A stretch of DNA of 64,000 nucleotides from positions 64,001 through 128,000 of the forward strand of contig JANRKO010000092.1 of assembly GCA_033763455.1 (NCBI GenBank), written 5' to 3'. The translations under genes and the position numbers were made by a program. Source of the DNA: Polyangiaceae bacterium. Its GTDB lineage: Bacteria > Myxococcota_A > Polyangia > Polyangiales > Polyangiaceae. Below the pieces are notes generated by a model. It searched no databases. It was given only the letters and a program-made list of their open reading frames with translations, and was not told the DNA's origin. Of the stretch, positions 56,246 to 64,000 are shown piece after piece. Each line of letters starts with the position of its first letter. Positions within the stretch are counted from its first letter, which is position 1.

Positions 56246-57844
56246 ATGGCTCGAATGCGCTGGGTCGCTCTACTCGTTGTTCTTCCGCTGGGCGCGGCGA
56301 CGCTCCAGGCGCTCCGGTCGACGCTGGAAGGCCTGCCATGGTCCGCGATCCGGGGCGAAACGGAGCACTTGCGGCACGAGCTGGCCCTGGCCGTGGCGGT
56401 AAGGAGTGCCCAGGCTGCCGTGCTTGAACGTTCGCCCGACGTGGCCAAGGAAATTGTTCAAGAGCCGAGCACGACCCCCATCGCATCCAGCCCGAGCGTC
56501 GCCAAACGCGATGAGGTGCCAGACGCCAACCCGCCCACGGCCGACCTCACCGTGCCACTTCTGGCACTGGCGCGAGAGACGCCCATCTACGCTGCTCCGA
56601 CCAGGCAAGCCCGCAAAGTTGGTTACGCGCGCACGGGTTCGGTATTGGTAGCAAGCGTAGAGAAAGTCGAAGGCAGGGGCTGCTCAGGAGGTTGGCAGCG
56701 TGTGCGACCGTTCGGTTTCGTTTGCGGCGACGAGCGAGTTTCCTCGCAAACCGATCACCCTGTCCGTGAACTGGCGACCCGCCCCGCCGATCGTCTCGCC
56801 AGCCTGCCGTACGTGTATGTTCGTGTGAAGCAAGCTCGCGTGCCCCTGTACACACGAATTCCGAGTCCCCCGGAACGCGCCGCTCTCGAAGGTTCAGCAC
56901 GCGGCGCTCTTGATCGTGCGTGGCGCGACGCTTTTGTGGAGCCGCTGCCGCAAAGCCTGGCCCTCGGGCGTCCAACCCCTACGTCGCACGGCTACGCTCG
57001 CTCAGCCACCTCACTGGCTTTGGAGCGTACGCGACCCAATGGGAGCTTCGCGTTAAGCAGGTTGTTTGAGGTGGGCGGACAACGCTTTGGAATGACACCG
57101 GACTTATTGCTGTTGCCGCTTGATCGCGTGACAGAGGTGCCGGTTTCCACCTTTAGTGGGGTCAAGATCCGGGCCGGTCAGAGTTTGCCTGTAGCGTTTG
57201 CCACATCGCATTCTGCTTACCTATACGACATTGATGTCGAACGTGGCGCGATCAAACTCGCACGAAAAATGAACTACCGAGAAGGAGCCGTGGCCTCCGA
57301 CCAACGGCGCTTCTTCGGCGGCAAAGAATATGTGCGGTTTGCGGAGGGCTTGTGGGCTCGCGCCGATCAACTACGTTTCGTTCGATCATCGCCAGCAGTC
57401 GGGTCGCGGCTAAAACGCGAACACACGTTCATTGACGTCTCGCTTGCCGATCAATCACTGGTGGCCTACGAAGACGGAAGGCCGGTCTTCGCAACGCTAA
57501 TTTCGAGCGGAGTGCCCGAAGAAAGGCCCGGCTCCCCTTCGCACGAAACCGTGTCGGGACAGTTTCGCATTCATACCAAACACGTGACTGCGCAGATGAC
57601 CGGAGACGAAGCGGGAGATGAATATTCGCTTCCAGACGTACCCTACGTGCAATATTTTCAGGGTAGCTTCGCGTTTCACGCTGCCTATTGGCACGATGCT
57701 TTTGGAACACCGAAGAGCCACGGCTGCATCAACCTCTCGCCTGAAGACGCGCGCTTCTTGTTCGGCTGGACGGAGCCCAAGGTTCCGCCAGGTTGGCATG
57801 GCGCGATGGCCTCGTTGGGCACGTTGGTTTCCATCCATGAGTGA
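56246..57844 (+). CDS. L,D-transpeptidase (YkuD domain)
   Basis: IDVSL..Q.L.AYE..TLISSG..T..G.FRI..K, HAAYWH, SHGCINL. Confidence 0.9.
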   Translation: MARMRWVALLVVLPLGAATLQALRSTLEGLPWSAIRGETEHLRHELALAVAVRSAQAAVLERSPDVAKEIVQEPSTTPIASSPSVAKRDEVPDANPPTADLTVPLLALARETPIYAAPTRQARKVGYARTGSVLVASVEKVEGRGCSGGWQRVRPFGFVCGDERVSSQTDHPVRELATRPADRLASLPYVYVRVKQARVPLYTRIPSPPERAALEGSARGALDRAWRDAFVEPLPQSLALGRPTPTSHGYARSATSLALERTRPNGSFALSRLFEVGGQRFGMTPDLLLLPLDRVTEVPVSTFSGVKIRAGQSLPVAFATSHSAYLYDIDVERGAIKLARKMNYREGAVASDQRRFFGGKEYVRFAEGLWARADQLRFVRSSPAVGSRLKREHTFIDVSLADQSLVAYEDGRPVFATLISSGVPEERPGSPSHETVSGQFRIHTKHVTAQMTGDEAGDEYSLPDVPYVQYFQGSFAFHAAYWHDAFGTPKSHGCINLSPEDARFLFGWTEPKVPPGWHGAMASLGTLVSIHE

Positions 57845-58039
57845 GAATTTTGGTATGGCTGGCTGTCCCGATTTGGGCTGATTGTCTCAATTGGGTGACA
57901 AGGGGTCGTGTGCGCGAAGCGTTGGCTCCACCGTTTTCTCGGATAAAACTCCACGTGCGTGTTCGGTGGGGTGACAATCGTGGGAAGTTGTTCGGAATGG
58001 CTAATGGTTCGCTCCAAACGGTCGCTTCCATGAACCACG

Positions 58040-58234
58040 ATGCACTCTAAAGCAGAAGTTCCCACCGATGTCGGAACGCGCCCCACCCAGTGCGAGGAGT
58101 GGGTTGAAGATACCGATATCGTCGATGTTTCCCTCGTGGATCGCGTACATATCGTGGAGCGCGTCGCAGAGCTGCATGCGCGTCGGGTGCAGGCTGGGCT
58201 GCTTTCTTTGCCCGTTTTTGCGCTCAATCGCTAA
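58040..58234 (+). CDS. Small hypothetical protein upstream of the glycosyltransferase
   Basis: 64-aa ORF filling the gap, on the same strand as its neighbours, preceded by a sigma54-like site. Confidence 0.4.
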   Translation: MHSKAEVPTDVGTRPTQCEEWVEDTDIVDVSLVDRVHIVERVAELHARRVQAGLLSLPVFALNR

Positions 58235-58327
58235 GTTTTTAGGCGGGTGGTAGTAAGGGATACACAGAGCGGGCGGGATCAGCGCGAACCTGTGCTATGA
58301 GTCGACCGGCGTCCGGAAGCGCTGTCG

Positions 58328-59695
58328 ATGCAGTTTCACATCCTCTCGTTCGAAGGGCCTGACCCATATAGCCGCGCCGGCGGCATTTCCAGTCGGATAA
58401 CCGGCTTGACGGCTTCGCTTGCGAAGCTTGGCTACCAGACGCACCTCTGGTTTGTGGGTGATCCATTTCTGCCCGGGCACGAACAGCAGGGGGCTTTGCA
58501 CCTACATCGTTGGTGCCAGTGGATAAGCCGTCACCACCCGCGTGGTGTCTACGATGGAGAGTGCGGCAAGGTGAACGACTATGCGGCTTCGGTGCCTCCG
58601 CATCTGCTTGGGCACCATTTGCTGCCGCACCTTCGTGCGGGTGGCCGAGCCACGGTTCTAGCTGAGGAATGGCACACGGTGCACGCGGTGCGCCATCTGG
58701 ATTGGTTGTTAAAGCGTGAGGGCCTGCGCCATCAAGTAGATTTGCTTTGGAACGCCAACAACACGTTCGGCTTCGAAGGTATTGATTGGGCCGCGCTGAC
58801 CGGGGCGGCACAGCTTACGACGGTGAGTCGTTACATGAAGCACAAGATGTGGTCGCTCGGTGTTGACCCATTGGTGGTGCCGAACGGCATCGATGAAGAA
58901 TCGCTCAAGCCGCCTGAATTTGCGGCCGTGCAGCATCTCAGGCAGCAACTTTCGGGGAGGCCGTTTCTTACGAAAGTGGCCCGCTGGGATCCTGACAAGC
59001 GCTGGCTTCTAGCTGTGGACACGGTTGCGCTGCTCAAGGCGCGCGGCCAGCGTCCTCTCTTGGTTGCACGCGGCGGGCTTGAGAGCCACGCCCGAGAAGT
59101 TATTCGGCGGGCCCAAGCACAAGGGCTGAGTGTCGTCGAAAGAAGCACCAGAAAGGCCGGCGCCGAAGGCGTCCTGCGTGCTTTGGAAGGAGTGGCTGAA
59201 GCGGATATCGTGTTGTTGCAGTCGCACCTCGACCCAGCCGGTCGGCGGTTGCTCTTTAGGGCAGCCGATGCGGTGTTAGCTAATAGCGGTCATGAGCCAT
59301 TTGGCCTAGTGGGCCTAGAAACGATGGCGGCAGGTGGCATAGCTTGCACCGGATCTTCCGGGGAAGATTATGCGATTCCGGGCCAGAACGCGCTGGTGCT
59401 TGAAACGAATGACCCCTCCGAATTTGTGCGAATGTTCGAGCAACTTGAGCGCGAGCCAGGGCGTGCTCGCATGTTGCGGCGTGCGGCTCGAAGTACGGCT
59501 CTCGGCTACACCTGGAGCAAAGTGATCGATCGCGTGCTTTTGCCACGCTTGGCAGCCGAGGAGCCACCGAGCCGTCCTAGTGGAATTCGAGGGATCTTAG
59601 ATTGGGCCCGAGCCCTTGGCACAGAGAGCCTTTTGCAGCTCGCGCTCACCCAGCCTTACCTGGGCAAGCTCACCTCCCGTCGAACTCAAGCTTGA
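58328..59695 (+). CDS. Glycosyltransferase family 4 protein
   Basis: SFEG..AGG, TVS, VPNGI, VARWDPDK, EPFGLVGLETMAAG. Confidence 0.88.
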   Translation: MQFHILSFEGPDPYSRAGGISSRITGLTASLAKLGYQTHLWFVGDPFLPGHEQQGALHLHRWCQWISRHHPRGVYDGECGKVNDYAASVPPHLLGHHLLPHLRAGGRATVLAEEWHTVHAVRHLDWLLKREGLRHQVDLLWNANNTFGFEGIDWAALTGAAQLTTVSRYMKHKMWSLGVDPLVVPNGIDEESLKPPEFAAVQHLRQQLSGRPFLTKVARWDPDKRWLLAVDTVALLKARGQRPLLVARGGLESHAREVIRRAQAQGLSVVERSTRKAGAEGVLRALEGVAEADIVLLQSHLDPAGRRLLFRAADAVLANSGHEPFGLVGLETMAAGGIACTGSSGEDYAIPGQNALVLETNDPSEFVRMFEQLEREPGRARMLRRAARSTALGYTWSKVIDRVLLPRLAAEEPPSRPSGIRGILDWARALGTESLLQLALTQPYLGKLTSRRTQA

Positions 59696-61487
59696 CGCTG
59701 CGTTGTTCCAGCAACTTGCCGGTAGCCATCTGGAGATCGGCGCGAGCCTTCTCGTGTCTAATCAGCGCAGAAAGTTCGGCAAGCTCAGCTTGTGCGAGCT
59801 CTTCTTGGCGCTGAGCAACGAAGAAGTTGTTGCTCATTCCGTTTTGAAACTTTCGCTCTTCGGCACGCAGGCTCTGCTCCGAGAGCGAGCGCGAGTTCGC
59901 CGCGGCATAGAGCTGTTTTTCAGCGGTTTCGACCGCTCGGGCCGCTTGGCGTACCTCAACGTCAATATTCAGAAGCAGCTGGTTTTTGGTGAGCGTGGCG
60001 CGGCGCCGTGCCACACCCGCCCGCGCCGCTTCGGCTTCTCGTTGTTCATTCAATGGAGTCCAGTTAAGCCGGACAAACGTGGACCAGTAGCGACCTCGAG
60101 CGTCCGTGAGCTCACCCAGCGCACCGCCGTAGGTGGTATCTTGGCCGATGAGGCCGTAGCTTGCGCTTGCGGAAAGATCAGGGAGCTTGCCATTGTCAGC
60201 CACTCGGGCGTCGAGCGCGGCCTGGTTTAGATCGATTTGGGTTTGTTGTAACTCGGGTCGGTGCGTTTGCGCGTCGAGAAGGAGCCGTTCGAGATTGGGG
60301 CGGAGCTCCACAAAGTTGGGAGCATCGACAGTGAGCAGGGGCTTTTTCCAGTCCGCTTCAGGTAGGTTCATCAGCTGCCTCAGTCTATCGGCTGTGCGCT
60401 CGATGTTGCTTTCGGCCTCCACGAGTGAAAGGCCGCGGCGAGCGAGAGTTCCCTCCGCGTTGATGCGATCGGAAGGCGGAAGCACGCCCGCTTGGATTTG
60501 CCTTTCGGTAAGCTTGAGCTGCTGTTGAGCGAGCTCCCACGAGCGAACGCGCACTTGGTAGCTTTTGAGCGCCTCGGTCAGGTCCCAGTAGGCGTTTTCG
60601 GCCGAAAGCACGGTCGCAGCCGCCTGTAGCCGGGCAGCTTCGAGCGCTTTTTTCGAGCTGAAGCGGGCTCGGAGGATAGCTGCCGTTTGGATGTCTCCAT
60701 CCATAGAAAACCCTCTAAGCAGGGGTTGGGTCACGGTGAGGTCCGCACTTGTTCTGAAGACATCCGGACTGATGGCGTTGCCTTGGGAGCTTCGGGACCA
60801 ATCGTTGTTGAACGAAACATCAGCGCGCGTCGCCGTATGGAACTGCTTGCTTCCGGAAATGTTCCAACTGTTGTCGATGTTGTTGATGATCTGGCCTGCT
60901 GTGCCTTCTTGCGTGTTCGAAGGCGGGGAATCTGAATCCCGGTGCCGATAGCTGGCGCTGATGCTCGGTTCAAAAGTGCCGCTTGCCGCTTGTTCCGAGT
61001 AGGTGCCGCTGCGTACGCTTTCGCGTTCAAGCTGGATGCCCAGATTATTTCGGAGTGTGGCTTGGATGACGTCGCTCTTCCTCAACCTCCAGGCGGAGGC
61101 GGGAGCTGCCACGGAGGGTAGCTCGGTGGGTTCGCTGATGAACGCGGGAGGTGTGTAGCGACCTGCACTGAGGTAGCTCGGCGTGGTGGTGCCCGACGTA
61201 GCTTCGTTAGGCGGGGTGACACTCGTAGCAATCTCGCTAGGCGGGGTGGCGCTCGTAGCAATCTCCGTGGGCAGCGTGGCATTCTGCGCAGCTTCTCTGG
61301 GCGCGATGGGTGCGCTGCCGCGCTCGGTGGACGGGGCAGAGGGTGAGCCGCTATTGGGAGCGGAGGGCGCGGCAGTGGGGCTTAGCGGTTCGGAAGAGTT
61401 CGAGGGTGCGAGTGTTTCCGCGGAGGCTAGCTGGTAGGCGAACAACACTGAGGAACAAGAGAACACGACGAAGCGATGGCGGAGCAT
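59670..61487 (-). CDS. TolC family outer membrane efflux protein
   Basis: Signal peptide, P/S/T-rich linker, L.NN, TQPLLRG, AYWDL, HRPEL, LP.L, ERKFQNG, L.MATG. Confidence 0.9.
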   Translation of the reverse strand: MLRHRFVVFSCSSVLFAYQLASAETLAPSNSSEPLSPTAAPSAPNSGSPSAPSTERGSAPIAPREAAQNATLPTEIATSATPPSEIATSVTPPNEATSGTTTPSYLSAGRYTPPAFISEPTELPSVAAPASAWRLRKSDVIQATLRNNLGIQLERESVRSGTYSEQAASGTFEPSISASYRHRDSDSPPSNTQEGTAGQIINNIDNSWNISGSKQFHTATRADVSFNNDWSRSSQGNAISPDVFRTSADLTVTQPLLRGFSMDGDIQTAAILRARFSSKKALEAARLQAAATVLSAENAYWDLTEALKSYQVRVRSWELAQQQLKLTERQIQAGVLPPSDRINAEGTLARRGLSLVEAESNIERTADRLRQLMNLPEADWKKPLLTVDAPNFVELRPNLERLLLDAQTHRPELQQTQIDLNQAALDARVADNGKLPDLSASASYGLIGQDTTYGGALGELTDARGRYWSTFVRLNWTPLNEQREAEAARAGVARRRATLTKNQLLLNIDVEVRQAARAVETAEKQLYAAANSRSLSEQSLRAEERKFQNGMSNNFFVAQRQEELAQAELAELSALIRHEKARADLQMATGKLLEQRSVKLEFDGR

Positions 61488-61500
61488 GGGGACCTCGTTA

Positions 61501-62736
61501 TCACTGGTGGTGGAGGGCTTCGATAGGATCGAGTTGGCTTGCACGAATAGCCGGGTAAATTCCAGAAATCAGCCCCACCGCGGAGGAAACCCCGGTGGCG
61601 ATGACGACGGATATCATCGTTACCACGGTGGGCCAGTGAGCGTAGTTGGCTACGGCTTTTGCGATTCCTACGCCCGCAACTATACCGGCGATACCGCCGA
61701 GCAGAGAAATGGCGAGCGCCTCCACCAGGAACTGAAATCTGATGTCCTTTCGCAAGGCACCGACGGCACGCCGTACCCCAATTTCTCGAGTTTGCTCCAG
61801 TACGGAGGCCAGCATGATGTTCATGATGCCAATGCCGCCTACCAGCAATGAAATGCCCGCAATACAGCCCATGACTACGTTGAAGATGCGCTGTGTTTCC
61901 TGGTTCTGCTCTAAAAGGCGCTCGGGAACCACCAATTCGTAGTCTTTTGAGCCCCCGTGCAAGCGATCTAATAGGGAGTCGAGGATGAGCGCGCTTTGGC
62001 GCGGGTCCGCATTCTCTTCAAGTTGCACGATGATTTGTTCGAAAGGAGAGCTTATCGGGTCTCTTTCAAACTTCGCGAGGCCTGTGGTGGCGGGTAGGTA
62101 GATCTCACTTGCGCTCGTTCCCACGCTGATGCCCTCAAGTGCCACCCCAGAGGACGATTCAGGCGCCAAAACCCCGACAACCGTGAGCCATACGTCCGCC
62201 ACACGCAGTGGCTTGCCTATTGCTGGTTGGGCGCCAAACAGCACCTGGCGGATCTTAGAGCCTATCACGCACACTTGCCCGTGCTCCTCTTCGTCGAGGG
62301 CATCAAAGAAGCGCCCTTCTTGTAACACAAGATTGGCCGCTTGCCTGTGACTGCGAGAAACACCAAAAATCTTTGCGGGAACCTTCCGGGCTCCAGAGAT
62401 TGCTTCTTGCGCCTTCAACTTGAGACGGGGCACCACGCGCGCAATGCCGATGTCCGCTTCTTCAATGGCGGCAACGTCCCTGGGGGAAAGCCCAAGCGAC
62501 TTCTTGCGGACCTTCTGAAGCTCTTCACCGTCGGGGCTCTTATCCCGAATCACGATGTTGTGGATCCCGAGATGAGCTATCAACTCTAGCGCCTGGCGTT
62601 CCGCACCGGCTCCGATGGCGAGCATCGCAATCACCGCTCCCACGCCGAACATCATACCCAACATAGTGAGCGCAGAGCGCAGCTTGTGGGCCCGAAGGTT
62701 CTCCAAAGCTCCGAGGACAGCGTCTTCAGTTCGCAT
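61501..62736 (-). CDS. MacB-like ABC transporter permease
   Basis: KLRSALTMLG..GV.AVI, ISLLVGGIGIMNIML.SV.E.TREIGVRRAVGA, YPA.RA..LDPIEAL. Confidence 0.93.
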   Translation of the reverse strand: MRTEDAVLGALENLRAHKLRSALTMLGMMFGVGAVIAMLAIGAGAERQALELIAHLGIHNIVIRDKSPDGEELQKVRKKSLGLSPRDVAAIEEADIGIARVVPRLKLKAQEAISGARKVPAKIFGVSRSHRQAANLVLQEGRFFDALDEEEHGQVCVIGSKIRQVLFGAQPAIGKPLRVADVWLTVVGVLAPESSSGVALEGISVGTSASEIYLPATTGLAKFERDPISSPFEQIIVQLEENADPRQSALILDSLLDRLHGGSKDYELVVPERLLEQNQETQRIFNVVMGCIAGISLLVGGIGIMNIMLASVLEQTREIGVRRAVGALRKDIRFQFLVEALAISLLGGIAGIVAGVGIAKAVANYAHWPTVVTMISVVIATGVSSAVGLISGIYPAIRASQLDPIEALHHQ

Positions 62737-64000
62737 TTCGCCTCTTTTTTCCCTGCGGCGCTGCGGAACGGGATGGCTCGTTCGGGGAGATCGGCTTTTC
62801 CTCTGCCTGTGCAAACGGATCCCGAAGCGCGACTCTATCTCCCGGCTTGAGTCCGCGGCGGATCAGTACGCGACCCGCCGTGGTGGGCCCAAGCTCGACC
62901 TTAGTACGTTCGAACCCGTCATCCTTTTGGGCCACAAATACAAAGAAGTCCTGATCTTTTTCGAAGACTGTTTGCCTCGGCAACACGAGCCCCTGAACGC
63001 TGCCGAGATTGAGCTTTGCCGTCACCCGCTTACCAGGCTTCATCACACTCGGGTCCGTTTCTGACAGAGACAGCGTTACCGCGAAGTATTGTGTGGGGAC
63101 GCCCTGGTAGCGCCGCTTGGCGATGTTCTCCACGCGCCGAACTTTGCCAGAGAAGGACCGGTTCGGTGCTGCGTCCAACGTGAGGGACGCAGGGCGCCCT
63201 GGTTCCAGGCCTTCAGCATCGGCTTCGAGTACGAATACCTCGGCTTCCATGGCATTAAGGAGGGGGATCTGGGCAATCGTTTGGCTGGAACGTACGACAT
63301 CACCGATGCGGAAGGCTTCGCCCATCCAGTTGCGCTCCAACACGAATACTCCGTCGTGAGGAGCTTTTAATTCCAATTTGCCGAGGGCTTTGGATGCTTG
63401 ACGCATCTGGAGGTTCGCCTTGGCTTGATCCACTGCCAAAAGGTCGACCTTCGTCTGCGCTATACGAGTGTCTATCTGTTGTGCCTGTTTGGCGTAGAGC
63501 AACCTAGATGCTTGAAGCCCTTGATCGATTTCTGACTCGATGATCTGGTGTCGAGAGAATATCTCCTCGTCTTTTCTCTGGAAGCGTGCGCCCAGCTCCT
63601 GCTCTCTTTCGGCAATTGCCGCGGCTCGTTCTCGATTTGCAAGTGTGCTGCCTGCAAGCGTGCGTTCCTTTTCTAGCTTGGCGGCCGAGTCCCTGCCGCT
63701 GTATTCCTCTCGCTCGTAGGTACGCCGAAAGTCACCGTCGTCGAAACGCACCAGAACGTCCCCTTTTTTGACCACCGCGCCGTCTTCGGCAAGAAAGACG
63801 ATTTTGAGAGGATCGGGGACGTCGCTCGGGGGTGTGATGCGGGTAGCCTTGATTGGGCGCAGCGCTCCTTCGGCCTCTACCTCTCGCACGAAGGTGCTCG
63901 GCCTTACTTCTAGTGTTCCCACATCGCTGTCGCTTGTTCCGGAAAGTGCGGCACAGCCAACGCTTCCCCAAAGCACGCACAACCAGAACGGCCCGCGCAA
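62726..64000 (-). CDS. Efflux periplasmic adaptor subunit (MacA-like); 5' end may lie beyond the window
   Basis: G..VKKGD.L..FD, coiled coil, LKAPHDG, MKPG, GLKPGDRV. Confidence 0.88.
   Translation of the reverse strand: MRGPFWLCVLWGSVGCAALSGTSDSDVGTLEVRPSTFVREVEAEGALRPIKATRITPPSDVPDPLKIVFLAEDGAVVKKGDVLVRFDDGDFRRTYEREEYSGRDSAAKLEKERTLAGSTLANRERAAAIAEREQELGARFQRKDEEIFSRHQIIESEIDQGLQASRLLYAKQAQQIDTRIAQTKVDLLAVDQAKANLQMRQASKALGKLELKAPHDGVFVLERNWMGEAFRIGDVVRSSQTIAQIPLLNAMEAEVFVLEADAEGLEPGRPASLTLDAAPNRSFSGKVRRVENIAKRRYQGVPTQYFAVTLSLSETDPSVMKPGKRVTAKLNLGSVQGLVLPRQTVFEKDQDFFVFVAQKDDGFERTKVELGPTTAGRVLIRRGLKPGDRVALRDPFAQAEEKPISPNEPSRSAAPQGKKRRNAN

Overview
GC-rich bacterial chromosomal segment with a myxobacterial (probably Polyangiaceae-like) flavour: many Gly/Cys-rich lipoproteins, a DUF1592/DUF1552 pair and FHA proteins. 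The taxonomy is inferred from gene style only. Core genes include coaBC, feoAB with a Fur-like box, tRNA-Leu(TAA), glgP, an ROK kinase, rplS, rplC, rlmE, osmC, asd, an acyl-CoA dehydrogenase, an L,D-transpeptidase, a MacAB-TolC-type exporter and two yebC paralogues. The most unusual part is a ~6.7 kb defence-like block directly after rplC (34.7-41.4 kb). It holds a translationally coupled chain: small single-TM protein, non-canonical GGDEF (HGDEF) protein with a Zn ribbon, tiny ORF, then a truncated nucleotidyltransferase and an AAA-wHTH-nuclease. This chain is divergent from a 1.2-kaa XRE-HTH/Mrr-like/P-loop NTPase/helical protein with STAND/Avs-like architecture. Other oddities are orphan divergent rplS/rplC, a pseudouridine synthase fused to an RlmK-like methyltransferase, a divergent ketosynthase/HMG-CoA synthase pair, a GAFTGA-less sigma54 activator, a lipoprotein with QPD- and EPN-type C-type lectin domains, a frameshifted lipoprotein, dispersed REP-like hairpins and several operator-like palindromes abutting start codons. 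No CRISPR array, integrase or transposase was seen. All family calls come from motif recognition by eye, not from database searches.
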